DNA of 64,000 nt from Planctomycetota bacterium (GTDB lineage: Bacteria; Planctomycetota; SZUA-567; H5-PLA8): contig JBBRPR010000020.1 of the NCBI GenBank assembly GCA_038227875.1, forward strand, positions 1-64,000, in the 5' to 3' direction. The position numbers and the translations under genes are program-made. Positions 9,004-19,614 of this stretch are shown piece by piece (within the stretch, counting starts at the first letter, position 1; each line of letters starts with the position of its first letter). Under the pieces are notes generated by a model, which did no database searches, was not told where the DNA came from, and saw only the letters and a list, made by a program, of their open reading frames with translations.

Positions 9004-12000
9004 ACTTCCCGTAGTCGATGCGCAACGTCCGCGGCGCGCCCCAATTTCCGGCGTAGTCGCAGGCGCGGACGTGGAAATACCAGACACCGGAAAGTGCCTC
9101 GGTCGCCATCATTGGCTGGCGGTGCGTGATCGTCGGATTCGGAATCGTGCCGGGGCGCTGGTCGAGCACCGTGGAATAGCCCGCCAAGCCCGCGGGCGTG
9201 GTCTCCGCCTCCCACTGGAATTCGCCGCCGGCGGCCTGCTGCGGTGAGAGGTCGAAGTTGTCGAGCGTCAGGCTGCTGCCGCGCTTCACGCCGTCCTGGC
9301 CTTGCGTGCTGAACATGATCTTGTTGACGATGCGCACAGGAAGTTCAATGCCCGCGTCTTCGATCATTGCTTTGAGATCGACGCTGGCGTGATGCCACGT
9401 GCCATCTGCAACAACGTCGGCAACTGCGCCGAGATTCTTGCCACCTTCGGGCGCAACGTTGGAGCCGGTGAAGCGGATGCTGTGCCATTGACCGACGACT
9501 TCGACGAGCAGGTCCACCTTCATTCCCGGATCGCATTTGTATTCGAACTGCAGCAGCGGCAGACGGTCGAGGTACCAGGAGTTCTTATGCATCATGATCT
9601 GCACGTCGCCGTCGTCCTGGAGCGCGGTGAACTGAACGGCGCGGCGGCCGAAGGCGGCTTTCGTGGGATCGTCGAACCAATCCATGCGGCAATCGCGGAC
9701 GGCGTGGACGTGGCCGATGTGCTCTTCAAAATTCAGCGCGAAGCTGGTCTCCATGTCGATCTGCCGGTGCATGCCGCTCTTCTCCATCACCGACGCGAAG
9801 CAGAGCTTGCTGATCGCCGGTCCGGCCTTGGCGAGACTGCGGTCGGTGCGGAAATTGAATGTGTATGGCGTGAAGATACGGTTGCCGACTCCGTCGCCGA
9901 GCGAGGTGATTTCAACGGAGACGTCGGAGTTGTCCAGCCATGCCACGCCGGCGTGAGCGGCATTGTAGATCAGCACCTTCTCCACTTTATTGTAGGTCAA
10001 ACCGACCGCGCCGGCGGAGATGGCGTGGCCGTTGATGTTCATGCGCACGGAGTTGAAGTCGATGCCGCTGGGATCGTCGAGGTAGATCTTGAGCGTCTGC
10101 CCCGGCGTTGCGCCGCCGTTGGGCGGTTCGGTTTTGGTGACGCGCGGTGGCGTGTTGTCGAGGAAAAACTTGCGGTGCGCGGGCGCCGACCAGACCCCGG
10201 CGCCGCTCTTGACGCGGACGTGAACGTAGTTCCAGCCCGTGTGCAGTTCCTTCTTCGCGTTCCACAGCGCTTTGCCGATGTCTTCGCCCGGTGCGATCTC
10301 CTGCAGACCGGCGGGATCGGTCTCGGGCTTGTCGTCGAGGCACGAGGCATACGCGGCGATGCCCGTCACGTCCTGCGACTGCCAGCGCACGGTCAGATCG
10401 GCGCTGCGCCCGGCGGCGAGCGGCGTGATGTCGTGGACCCAGTACTCCATGCTGCGCCGGTTGCCGCGCCAGCCGTGATCGTGGAGCGAGAAGTTGGAAA
10501 CTTCCGCGATGCCGGTGTCCGGCTTACCCGCGTCGAGCAACTGCTGCAGCGCCACGGTCGTGCGGTGCCACGTGCCATCGGCGACGAAGTCCGGCGGCGG
10601 ACCGCAGCGGCTGATGATGTTCTGCGAATCCGGATCGCGTGCGTCGCCGGTGTCGGTGAGGATCAGTGCGTGGTGCTGACCGAGCGAATCGGTGAAGTGC
10701 AGATTTACAGGAGACTCCGGCGGCAGCTTGTATTCCATTTCCAGGTACGGGAAGCGGCGCAGTTCGTAGGCCAGGCCCGGCAGCGTGAACCCAAACGACG
10801 TGCCGTCGTGCGGGTTGACGATGTGAACGCTGTTGCGCTGTCCCGGCGGCGTCCACGGCGGCGCGTCGTCGGATTCTTCGACGCGTGCGGATGGCGCTTC
10901 CTCCGGCCCGGCTTCCATGGCCAGCGGAATGCCTTCGCCGACGAGCACGTATGGCGCGTCGACGGGTTTGCCCGCGGCGAACACCTTCGCGGCGTCGTAG
11001 ACGTAAGAGGATTGGAAGCCCGCCTCGGCCGCATTGTCGGCGCGATCGCGGAAGGATTGGATGTTGAGCTTCAGTTCCGGAATCTTGGTCAGCGCCGGCA
11101 ATCCGATTTTCGTGAGATCGATGCGCAGGCGTTGCGTCGCGGAGTTGAAATCCCGAATCGCGCGTTCGACCGCGGCGCCGTTGATGGTGATGTTGATCGA
11201 TTCTTCCTGCACGCCCGAGCCACCCGGGTCGTCGAAATCGATGAAGACCGACTTGCCGTCGCCTTCCGGATCGAAGGGCCAGACCACGCGCTTGACCGAC
11301 GGCGCGCGCTTGTCGGCTTCGCGCGGCGCGTAGACGATCAAATCGCTGATCGAATACGCCGCGCCTTCGTGATTGCCGTTCATTCCCGCCAGCAGGTAGC
11401 CGTGGTTGTCGAGGTTGCCGATCATCGGGCGCAGCGCCCAGCCGCGCGACATTTCGGAACGGCTGCGGTGGAGCTTGATCATCTCGCGCCACGTCGGTTC
11501 GAGATCGAACTGGACGGTGTGCCAGCGGCCGTCGGCCTGAACGTTGGGCACGTCACCGACCAGCGTTGCGAACTCGTTGGATTCCTTCGGCCCGGTCAGG
11601 CGCCAGCGGTACGCGCCTTCGTTGCGGACGTTGAAATTCGGATTGCCCTGCTGGCTCAGGTCGAGCAGATACAGATCGACATTCGCGCCGGGTTCGATGC
11701 GGTAGGCGAAGCGCACGACGCCGTGGTGTTCCGGATCGATCGCGACGTTCTTCCACTGCAGCGCGAACGGTCCGCCGCTGACGCCGTTGATCACCCGATA
11801 CGCGTGCGTGTCGTTGGCATTGAAGCCGTTCTTCGCAATGGCCTGATCGCCAGGCGGTGCGTCGGCGGCGGCCGGGGTGAAGGCTTCGGCCGGCTGCGAG
11901 AGCGAATCCTGGATGACGCGCGGCAGTACCTGAGGTTCGACGCGCGATAGGATTTCGCCGTCGTACATGTTGATTACGCCGCGGTCTTCGTAGAGCTGCG

Positions 12001-14797
12001 TGTTGCGCGAATCGAACGGGGCGGGGCGCACACCGCCGTGCGCGATGCGGACGCGCGAGAGCAGGAAGCCGTTGTCGAGCGTCCAGAACGCGATGCGCCC
12101 TTCGGGCAGCGGTTCAGGATCGACGTACGAAAACGCTTTCATGCCGTCGCGGTAGAAGGAGACGGTGTTGCCGAGTTTCTCCAATTTAAGGTGGAACCAG
12201 CGCTGATGGAGTTCCGGCTTGTCGGGATGGCGGATCTTATCGCTGAAGACGCGGTGGTCTTCGTTCCACGATTCGGCGACGAGCTTGCCCTTGCGGAAGA
12301 GGCGCGTCCAACTGTTCAAGTCGCCGCCAAAGATCAACGTATAGCCGGAGTCGAGATTCACGCCGTCGCCGCAGAGCGTGATGTTGTAATCGCCGGGGCG
12401 TTCGTACGGCGGATCGTCCTTCTGCATCATCAGCGCGACGTGAGCGTCAACGGTGGTATCGCCGGTGAAGATGAATTTGTTCCAGAGCGTCGCGATGGTC
12501 TTCGTCCGCCCGCCAAACCAGCTCCAGCGCGGATCGCAGATCCATTTGTTGAGCAACCCCCAGCGGCCGCTTTCGACTTTCCAATCCACCGGCGCGGTGT
12601 CGAAGGTGTATTCGAGCGTGTTGGCGGCCATGATGCGTACGGCCTTCGGGTCGCCGATGTTCTTGAGCCCGCGCATGGCGATGCGGTCGCCCAGCGGCGG
12701 CGCGCCGTCGAGCGTCGCCGTGACTTTCTTGCCATCGATCTCCGCTTCAAAACCGCCGGCCGAGAAGCGGAGCGTGGCGCGCTGGATTGGATTCGTGCCG
12801 ACGTTGATTTCGGTGCTCTTGATTTTGGCGCCCGCAAACTTCGCGACGCCGTTGGCGATCGTGAATTGCGGGTTGTCGGCGGCGTCGTGATTCGCGCCGG
12901 TGGTGAAGAGCGTGACCGCCAGATCGTTGAAGCGCGGCGCGTTGAGGATGACGATCTTGCTCTCGCCGGGAAAGCGAGCCTGATGAATCGCCCACGGCGT
13001 TTCCGGTTCGCGCTTCCATTCCAGCGCGGGGTTGGCCCAGACTTCCATGTCGTCTTCGAAGACAAAGATGTCGTTGAGCTTCCGTTCGTGCGCGTGCGCG
13101 GTGGACAATGTCTCGCGGTTGGCGGCGACGTGGAGGTCGTCGAAGAAAACCGGATCGCCCTGCAGCGCCACGAATCCAATCTGGCCGCGCTTCAGGCCGG
13201 GAACAGTGGCAGCGAGCATCTCGTTGCCGTCGATGAAGCACTTGATCTGATCGCCGTTCCAATCGATGCCCATGCGGTAGAATTCGTACGGCCGGTACGC
13301 GGCGGGCTTCTGCGCGAGTATCTTCTCCTGGCCGTCGACAACGCGGACGAGTTCGATGCGATCGGTGACGCTGGACATCGGCGCATTGAGATTGGGGTTG
13401 GCGCCTTTGCGTCCCGCCGGACCGCGCCAGCGGAAGAGCAGGTAATCCTTCTGCGACAACACCGCGACGGCCAGCCCCGCGCCGCCGGAGCCCAGCGGTT
13501 TGATCGAGACTTCCGCGGCGTAGTCGCTCCAGCCCTTCTCGCCGGAGACGATCATTGAGTACGGATCGTCGCCCGCCACGTCCGGCGCGGAGACGGGCGG
13601 AATCGGCCTGCCTTCCGAGGGCGTGGCCCATTCGTACTGCTGCGGCGTGATGGTGTACTCGCGGAATTTCTTCTCGCCGGGGCGCAGCATTTTCAGATGG
13701 ATCGTGCCGCCGTAACCGCGCTGCAGCAATTGATGCGCGTAGTACGCGTTCATCTCCTCGACGGGGTTGCCGTCGATCTCGATGAAGATGTCGTCTTCCT
13801 GCAGTCCCGCGCGCGCGGCAGCCGAACCGCCGCTGATGCGCGCGATGTGGAGCGTTCCTTCGTAGGGCGAAATCATCACGCCCAGGCCGTATTCGTCCTG
13901 CCGCTTGCGCCCCTTATAGAGGGGATCGTCGCCCGAGCGGTCGCCGTTGAAACTTGCCCGCATCGCGAAGGGATTGGCGCTGCGTTCGGGAAAGGCCATG
14001 CCGGTCAGTTCCCAACGTCCGCAGAGCGGCTGCCAGCGCGCGTCGGTGGTCTCGCGCATGAAGTCGTCGTCGAAGCGGATGTCGCTGAGCGGCAGCGTGC
14101 GTCGCGCGCCGAGGCGGACGTTCTGGCCGGTCACGCGCACCGCGCTGGGCAATCCTTTTCCCGCCTGAAGAAAAGGTTTGTCAGCGGGCGGCTTCCATGT
14201 CAGCAGCAATTCGCTGTTGTGCCAGACGGTCAGTTCGCCTTTGCGCCAGAGCGTGCCGAGCAGATGTTCACCGCGTCCAAAGCGCGGCGGTAGCGTGGAG
14301 GCCAGTGCCGTGGGCTCTGCGCCTTTGCCGCTGATCTCTTCCAAGATCACTGCGTCCGAGCCCGCACGGATGCGCAGGCCACCGAGCGTATTGGGATCGA
14401 TTGCGATGTAGAGTTCGAGCAGATTCTCTTTCGGCGCGGCGATGCCCGGCGGCAAGTCAAGCATCACGAACGGCTGCTCAAGCCAGAAATCGCCGTTCTT
14501 CAATCCCGCGTCATCGGCGACGCGCAACGGCGTGGGGCCGGAGGGCAGGATGGGCGGAGGTTCGACCGGCGGGCCTTTTGGCGGACCATCCGGACCCGGA
14601 CCGGGGCCGGTGTTGGGAGGTCCCGGTGGCACGGCCGGACCAATCGGGCCGACATCGGTCTGATCGGACGTTTCGGTACTGGTCACGGTGAGCGTGTCAG
14701 GGCCCGACTTCACGCGATGCGCGTGCTGGAGCACATTTGCCACGAGCAGTGCAACGCAGGCCAGCAGCACGAGGTAAGCGGCGGTACGCAGTTTCAA
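9002..14797 (-). CDS. Very large membrane-anchored protein with PDZ domain and LamG/DUF1080-like beta-sandwich and Ig-like domains
   Basis: 1931-aa ORF; N-terminal TM segment, Pro-rich linker; PDZ motif GLGVMI...GSAAARAGLQEDDIFIEIDG; LamG-like W(F)HLKLEKLGNTVSFYRDG; repeated ADGxWH motifs. Confidence 0.85.
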   Translation of the reverse strand: MKLRTAAYLVLLACVALLVANVLQHAHRVKSGPDTLTVTSTETSDQTDVGPIGPAVPPGPPNTGPGPGPDGPPKGPPVEPPPILPSGPTPLRVADDAGLKNGDFWLEQPFVMLDLPPGIAAPKENLLELYIAIDPNTLGGLRIRAGSDAVILEEISGKGAEPTALASTLPPRFGRGEHLLGTLWRKGELTVWHNSELLLTWKPPADKPFLQAGKGLPSAVRVTGQNVRLGARRTLPLSDIRFDDDFMRETTDARWQPLCGRWELTGMAFPERSANPFAMRASFNGDRSGDDPLYKGRKRQDEYGLGVMISPYEGTLHIARISGGSAAARAGLQEDDIFIEIDGNPVEEMNAYYAHQLLQRGYGGTIHLKMLRPGEKKFREYTITPQQYEWATPSEGRPIPPVSAPDVAGDDPYSMIVSGEKGWSDYAAEVSIKPLGSGGAGLAVAVLSQKDYLLFRWRGPAGRKGANPNLNAPMSSVTDRIELVRVVDGQEKILAQKPAAYRPYEFYRMGIDWNGDQIKCFIDGNEMLAATVPGLKRGQIGFVALQGDPVFFDDLHVAANRETLSTAHAHERKLNDIFVFEDDMEVWANPALEWKREPETPWAIHQARFPGESKIVILNAPRFNDLAVTLFTTGANHDAADNPQFTIANGVAKFAGAKIKSTEINVGTNPIQRATLRFSAGGFEAEIDGKKVTATLDGAPPLGDRIAMRGLKNIGDPKAVRIMAANTLEYTFDTAPVDWKVESGRWGLLNKWICDPRWSWFGGRTKTIATLWNKFIFTGDTTVDAHVALMMQKDDPPYERPGDYNITLCGDGVNLDSGYTLIFGGDLNSWTRLFRKGKLVAESWNEDHRVFSDKIRHPDKPELHQRWFHLKLEKLGNTVSFYRDGMKAFSYVDPEPLPEGRIAFWTLDNGFLLSRVRIAHGGVRPAPFDSRNTQLYEDRGVINMYDGEILSRVEPQVLPRVIQDSLSQPAEAFTPAAADAPPGDQAIAKNGFNANDTHAYRVINGVSGGPFALQWKNVAIDPEHHGVVRFAYRIEPGANVDLYLLDLSQQGNPNFNVRNEGAYRWRLTGPKESNEFATLVGDVPNVQADGRWHTVQFDLEPTWREMIKLHRSRSEMSRGWALRPMIGNLDNHGYLLAGMNGNHEGAAYSISDLIVYAPREADKRAPSVKRVVWPFDPEGDGKSVFIDFDDPGGSGVQEESINITINGAAVERAIRDFNSATQRLRIDLTKIGLPALTKIPELKLNIQSFRDRADNAAEAGFQSSYVYDAAKVFAAGKPVDAPYVLVGEGIPLAMEAGPEEAPSARVEESDDAPPWTPPGQRNSVHIVNPHDGTSFGFTLPGLAYELRRFPYLEMEYKLPPESPVNLHFTDSLGQHHALILTDTGDARDPDSQNIISRCGPPPDFVADGTWHRTTVALQQLLDAGKPDTGIAEVSNFSLHDHGWRGNRRSMEYWVHDITPLAAGRSADLTVRWQSQDVTGIAAYASCLDDKPETDPAGLQEIAPGEDIGKALWNAKKELHTGWNYVHVRVKSGAGVWSAPAHRKFFLDNTPPRVTKTEPPNGGATPGQTLKIYLDDPSGIDFNSVRMNINGHAISAGAVGLTYNKVEKVLIYNAAHAGVAWLDNSDVSVEITSLGDGVGNRIFTPYTFNFRTDRSLAKAGPAISKLCFASVMEKSGMHRQIDMETSFALNFEEHIGHVHAVRDCRMDWFDDPTKAAFGRRAVQFTALQDDGDVQIMMHKNSWYLDRLPLLQFEYKCDPGMKVDLLVEVVGQWHSIRFTGSNVAPEGGKNLGAVADVVADGTWHHASVDLKAMIEDAGIELPVRIVNKIMFSTQGQDGVKRGSSLTLDNFDLSPQQAAGGEFQWEAETTPAGLAGYSTVLDQRPGTIPNPTITHRQPMMATEALSGVWYFHVRACDYAGNWGAPRTLRIDYGK

Positions 14798-14998
14798 GCG
14801 CGGAGACCCGGAGTCAGGTATACAATCACAACTTCCTTATATAGTAAACGTTTCAGACAAGTAAACAGATAACGATTTTCCGCATTTCCTCACCGATTTT
14901 TCGACGCATCTCACGACTTGAATGCGACTATGTAGGTAGGATCAGCAGCGTACTTTTGCATTGGGCGGGCATCGGGACATCCCCTATAACGACTAATT

Positions 14999-16006
14999 AT
15001 GGAAGAAAAAAGCTCGTTCACCGACGAACTCGCACAATTCCAACAGGCTCACGCTCAGATTGTCCGTGAACTGAGCAAGGTGATCATCGGCCAGCGCGAA
15101 GTCATCGACCAGATGCTCTCGAGCATGCTCTGCGGCGCGCATTGCCTGCTGGTTGGCGTGCCGGGACTGGCGAAGACGGCGATGGTCAAGGCGCTGAGCG
15201 AAGTGCTGGCGCTGAGCTTCAAACGCATTCAGTTCACGCCGGACTTGATGCCCAGCGACATCACGGGCACCGACGTGATCGACGAAGACCCGAACACGGG
15301 CAAACGCGATTTCAAATTCCTCGCCGGACCGATTTTCGCGAACATCGTCCTGGCCGACGAAATCAACCGCACGCCGCCGAAGACGCAGGCCGCGCTGCTG
15401 GAGGCGATGCAGGAGCGGCAGGTCTCCGTCGGCAAGCTGACCTACGCGCTGCCCAAGCCGTTCTTCGTGATCGCGACGCAAAATCCGATCGAGCAGGAAG
15501 GCACCTACCCGTTGCCGGAAGCGCAGCAGGACCGCTTCATGTTCAACATCCACGTCGGGTATCCGTCTCCGGAAGAAGAGCTGGAAATCTACCGCTTCAC
15601 GACGCACGGCAAGCCCTCGCGTCTCTCGCCGCTGCTCAGCGCGGAAGACATCTTCCGGCTGCAGGAAGTCGTCGACCGGATCGTGGTGAGTGACTATGTG
15701 ATTCAGTATGTCGCCGACTTGGTGCGCTCCACGCGGCCGGCCGATCCGAAAGCGCCGAAGTTCATCAAGGAACTGGTCGACTGGGGCGCGGGGCCGCGAG
15801 CCGGTCAGTATTTGATTAAAGGTGCCAAAGCGTTGGCGGCGATTGAAGGGCGTGTGAATATTTCGTGTTCCGACGTCCGCAAAGTCGCGGTACCTGTGCT
15901 GCGGCATCGCCTCGGCACCAACTTCCAGGCGGAATCCCGCGGCATAGACGCGGTGCAGATCGTGAGCATGTTATTGAAAGAAGTTCCGGAACCGAAACTG
16001 GTTTGA
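14999..16006 (+). CDS. moxR: MoxR family AAA+ ATPase
   Basis: Walker A GVPGLAKT, RIQFTPDLMPSD, Walker B LADEINR, ATQNPIEQEGTYPLPEAQ. Confidence 0.97.
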   Translation: MEEKSSFTDELAQFQQAHAQIVRELSKVIIGQREVIDQMLSSMLCGAHCLLVGVPGLAKTAMVKALSEVLALSFKRIQFTPDLMPSDITGTDVIDEDPNTGKRDFKFLAGPIFANIVLADEINRTPPKTQAALLEAMQERQVSVGKLTYALPKPFFVIATQNPIEQEGTYPLPEAQQDRFMFNIHVGYPSPEEELEIYRFTTHGKPSRLSPLLSAEDIFRLQEVVDRIVVSDYVIQYVADLVRSTRPADPKAPKFIKELVDWGAGPRAGQYLIKGAKALAAIEGRVNISCSDVRKVAVPVLRHRLGTNFQAESRGIDAVQIVSMLLKEVPEPKLV

Positions 16007-16144
16007 ACCTGCGAGCAGCTATGCGCAGGTGATTTTCGATACAACTCTCAAAATAATTGATCTGGAGTGTTGAAGTCTGCCGCGCAGATGCCAATATGGA
16101 GCGCAGCACTCTACTTTTCATCAATGGGACCTCAGGGGTTTTTC

Positions 16145-17344
16145 ATGGCCACACAGCCGCGATCGGGAAACACCGCGATGCTGCCGGTGAAGAATCTGCG
16201 TGTCACGTTTTGGGGCGTGCGCGGAAGTTGCCCGATTTTTCCAGCACCGCATGAAGTCGAAGAATTCTCGCGGCAGATTTCTGTGCTCTCCGTCTTTAAA
16301 ACGCTCCAGGACATCGCGAAGAAGTCCCAGGAACTGGGCGGCAAGCTGGATCTGGAACAGATCATCGGCGGCCCGCTGACGCAGACGACCGTTGAGGCTT
16401 ACCAGAAACAACTTGGCCAGCCTGATCTCCCGATCTACGGCGGCGAAACCACTTGCGTTGAAGTCGAAACGGCCGAAGGCAACATCATCATTCTCGACGC
16501 CGGCAGCGGCATCCGTCACAGCGCGCTGCGCCTGGTCAAGCGCTGGGAATCGCGCCAGGACCGTGTGCTCCACCTATTCTGTTCGCATGAGCACCTGGAC
16601 CACCGCAGCGGCATCGCTTTTTCGCGCTTCTGCTTCGCCAAGCCGCCGTTCAACATCAACGTTTACGGCACCGGCCATATGCTCCGCGCGCTCGACACGC
16701 TCTTCGGGATTTTCTCCCGCGACATCAGCGTCACGACGCACTTCGACGACCCGCTCGACTACCGCCTGATGTCCGCGCGCTACCACGGCTTTGAATTGCG
16801 CGACGCCGCCAACCCGCCGGGCTCCAAGCGGCCGTGGAATGTGATCAACATCGACGAACCGGTGAAGATCGGGAAGACGACGGTGACGGCATTTCCGGTC
16901 TATCACGGCAACTGCCCGTGCCTGGCGTACAAGATCGAGCACGAGGGTTCATCCTTTGTCTTCTGCACCGACCACGAACGGCGGCACGGCGAAGACCCGG
17001 AAGACCCGCGACAGAAGGCGAGCCTGGAAGCCGAGGAGCGCTTGATCCAGCACTGCATGAACGCCGACGCGGCGTACTTCGACGGACAGTATTTTCTGGC
17101 GGAGTACCTCGGCCAGAAGGGCATCGGGTCTGCGCCGCCCACGCCGCGCATGGACTGGGGCCACAGCTGCATCGAGGACATTATCACGCGCGTGCAGCGC
17201 TGCCGCATCCGCAACACCTTCATCGGCCACCACGATCCGGACCGGGAATGGCCCGAGCAGGTGCAGATGGACCGCGATCTGGAAGCGCTGGGGAAGAGCT
17301 TCCGCGTGCAACTGGCGCGTGGCGACTTTACGATCGATATTTAA
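16145..17344 (+). CDS. MBL-fold metallo-hydrolase (RNase Z / cyclic-nucleotide phosphodiesterase-like)
   Basis: FWGVRGSCP, GGETTCVEV, LDAGSG, SHEHLDH, WGHS, HHDP motifs; start uncertain (frame open from 16067). Confidence 0.9.
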   Translation: MATQPRSGNTAMLPVKNLRVTFWGVRGSCPIFPAPHEVEEFSRQISVLSVFKTLQDIAKKSQELGGKLDLEQIIGGPLTQTTVEAYQKQLGQPDLPIYGGETTCVEVETAEGNIIILDAGSGIRHSALRLVKRWESRQDRVLHLFCSHEHLDHRSGIAFSRFCFAKPPFNINVYGTGHMLRALDTLFGIFSRDISVTTHFDDPLDYRLMSARYHGFELRDAANPPGSKRPWNVINIDEPVKIGKTTVTAFPVYHGNCPCLAYKIEHEGSSFVFCTDHERRHGEDPEDPRQKASLEAEERLIQHCMNADAAYFDGQYFLAEYLGQKGIGSAPPTPRMDWGHSCIEDIITRVQRCRIRNTFIGHHDPDREWPEQVQMDRDLEALGKSFRVQLARGDFTIDI

Positions 17345-17374
17345 TAAACACGATTAAGCGAGCTGATTGCCACT

Positions 17375-18166
17375 ATGTCCGATGAAGAAATTCCGCCGGA
17401 AGTCCTCAATGAAATGCACCGCTCCCATTTCTGGGGGCATCTGGGGGCGTCGGCATTTTCGCTGCTGAGCATTGGATTCTGGGGCTGGATGGCGCTGGAC
17501 TGTTACCGCCGGCGCGGCGGACTCGATACCTGGCACTATTTCTTCTTCATTTTTCCACCGTCCGTGGTGCTGTACTTCATTGTGAACAAGGGCGACATGG
17601 TCTTTGGTTCGCGCGGCGGATCGTCGAACGGGCTGTTCGGCTTCGGTCTGCGTTCGCGGATCACCAAAGCCGAGCAGACGCTGCGGGTTTCCGGAACGCT
17701 GGCGGCGCGGATGGATCTGGCTGAACTTTACTTCGAAGCCAAACGCTATCCGGAATGCGAGAAGAACTTCGACGAGGTCCTGAAGCTCGACCCCAAGAAT
17801 CTGGACGCGTATTACTACGTCGCCGTCTGCCGGTTGGAGCGCGGCGATCACGCCGGCGCACTGGATTACCTTCAGAAGGTGATGGATGGCAACAAGAAGC
17901 TGCGGTTCGGCATCGCGTGGCTGCGTTACACCGACGCACTGATTGCCAATAACCGCCGCGACGAAGCGCTGGAAGAGCGCCGGAAACTTGCGCGGCAGTT
18001 CCCGCGACCGCTGACGGAATTCGCGTACGCCCAGTTACTCGCCGATGCTGGCCAGAAGGAGAAGGCGCGCGAGATGCTCGACGAAATGCTTTCGACGACC
18101 GCCGGTTCGCCGGCGGAGGACCGGACGTGGGTGAGCAAGGGGAAGAGTTTGCGCGGGGCGTTGTAA
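17375..18166 (+). CDS. Membrane-anchored tetratricopeptide repeat protein
   Basis: Two N-terminal TM helices followed by TPR-like helices (LKLDPKNLDAYY). Confidence 0.85.
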   Translation: MSDEEIPPEVLNEMHRSHFWGHLGASAFSLLSIGFWGWMALDCYRRRGGLDTWHYFFFIFPPSVVLYFIVNKGDMVFGSRGGSSNGLFGFGLRSRITKAEQTLRVSGTLAARMDLAELYFEAKRYPECEKNFDEVLKLDPKNLDAYYYVAVCRLERGDHAGALDYLQKVMDGNKKLRFGIAWLRYTDALIANNRRDEALEERRKLARQFPRPLTEFAYAQLLADAGQKEKAREMLDEMLSTTAGSPAEDRTWVSKGKSLRGAL

Positions 18167-18226
18167 CGAATGTCGAATCACGAATGACCACGCTATGAAC
18201 CATTCGCTCCGTTCGCTCGTAGTACG

Positions 18227-18808
18227 TTGATGACTTCGAAGAAAGTTCTACTCATTACTTTGATCGCCATACTTTCCTGGCTGTGGATGATGATCGTTCA
18301 CGAGTTTGGTCACGTCCTCGTTGGAATATTCTCTAACGGCGCCGTTTCAAAAGTTGTTCTGCATCCGCTGGAACTTTCCCGCACGGAACTATCGGTGAAT
18401 CTCCATCCGCTAGCCGTTGCGTGGGGCGGTCCCGTAGTTGGCTGTATTGTTCCGCTGATGGTTTGGGTTGCTTTGAAAACTTTTGCGTGGCGGAGCCTGC
18501 ATCTTTTTCAATGGTTCACGGGCTTCTGTCTAATTGCTAATGGCGTGTACATTGGATCCGGAGCGAACACACGAATCGGCGATGCCGGAGAGATGCTGGC
18601 GTACGGATCAGATCCGTGGATGTTGGCGTTGTTTGGTTTGGTAACGGTGCCTCTGGGATTCTTTCTGTGGAACGGTCTCGGTTCGAAGTTCGGAATAGGA
18701 AATAAAGACGAAAGTCCAAGCACCTCTGCTATCCTTGTGTGCAGCGGAATACTGGCGTTAACGGTAGGCGCCGAACTTCTGAACACAGCGTTAGCGAGAT
18801 TCCCATGA
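18227..18808 (+). CDS. M50-family membrane metallopeptidase-like protein
   Basis: HEFGH zinc motif within a TM segment, AWGGP, downstream GDAG; multiple TM helices. Confidence 0.8.
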   Translation: MMTSKKVLLITLIAILSWLWMMIVHEFGHVLVGIFSNGAVSKVVLHPLELSRTELSVNLHPLAVAWGGPVVGCIVPLMVWVALKTFAWRSLHLFQWFTGFCLIANGVYIGSGANTRIGDAGEMLAYGSDPWMLALFGLVTVPLGFFLWNGLGSKFGIGNKDESPSTSAILVCSGILALTVGAELLNTALARFP

Positions 18809-19527
18809 CTCAGTCCTCTTTCCAAGTGATCGCGCACCGCGGAGCCAGTGCGAAGGCTCCGGAGAATACTTTTCCCGCATTTGAACTGGCCGTCAGGGCC
18901 GGGACTCACGGCATCGAGACGGATATTCGCGCCACGAAGGATGGTGTCGCGGTGCTGCTTCACGACGAAAACGTGAAGCGCACGACCGGTGTAGACGATC
19001 TGGTTCAGAACGGTACGTGGGCGGATATTCAGGCGCTGGACGCGGGGTACCTGTTCGGACGGCAGTTCACCGGGACGCGCATTCCGCGGCTCGACGATTT
19101 TCTCACCATGTACCTGCCGCATTTGCCGCTGCAGTTGGAATTGAAATCCGAAGACGCCATCCTGCCTACGTTGAAGCTCCTGCGCCGGCAACTGGCGTTC
19201 AACCGCATTCTGTTAACGAGCTTCGAGCCGAAATTCCTGAAGACTGCGCTGGCCGCGGAGCCGAGTCTGCAGACCGGGCTTTTGATGAACAAAGCCACCG
19301 ATCCCGTCGATGCCAAGAAGCTCGGCTGCACCGTCGCGATTCCGAATGCGGCACAAGCGACGCCGGATTTCGTGCACGCTGCCAAGCTGCTCGGCCTGCG
19401 GGTCTACGCGTGGGGCGTCAAAGACTTGGCCGCGGCGCAGGCAGTGCTGCGCGCCGGTGTTGAAGGTTCGACGTACGACGATCCGGCGGAATTGCTGGCG
19501 TGGCTGAAGAGCAATCCCTCGGCGTGA
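18805..19527 (+). CDS. Glycerophosphodiester phosphodiesterase
   Basis: IAHRGAS, PENT, IETD, LLHD, LELK motifs; ATGA overlap with the upstream gene. Confidence 0.93.
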   Translation: MTQSSFQVIAHRGASAKAPENTFPAFELAVRAGTHGIETDIRATKDGVAVLLHDENVKRTTGVDDLVQNGTWADIQALDAGYLFGRQFTGTRIPRLDDFLTMYLPHLPLQLELKSEDAILPTLKLLRRQLAFNRILLTSFEPKFLKTALAAEPSLQTGLLMNKATDPVDAKKLGCTVAIPNAAQATPDFVHAAKLLGLRVYAWGVKDLAAAQAVLRAGVEGSTYDDPAELLAWLKSNPSA

Positions 19528-19541
19528 CGATCGCTGCTGGA

Positions 19542-19567
19542 ACCCTGGTACTAATTTGTACCAGGGT
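19542..19567. terminator. Hairpin between convergent genes
   Basis: ACCCTGGTAC-N6-GTACCAGGGT, 10-bp stem. Confidence 0.5.
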
Positions 19568-19614
19568 ACACACAGCTTAATTTCGGACACCCAAGTGACT
19601 CCGGTCACTAGGGT

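Noticed and set aside
9302..13558. 882-aa and 506-aa plus-strand ORFs
   Set aside because: Antisense shadows of the 1931-aa gene
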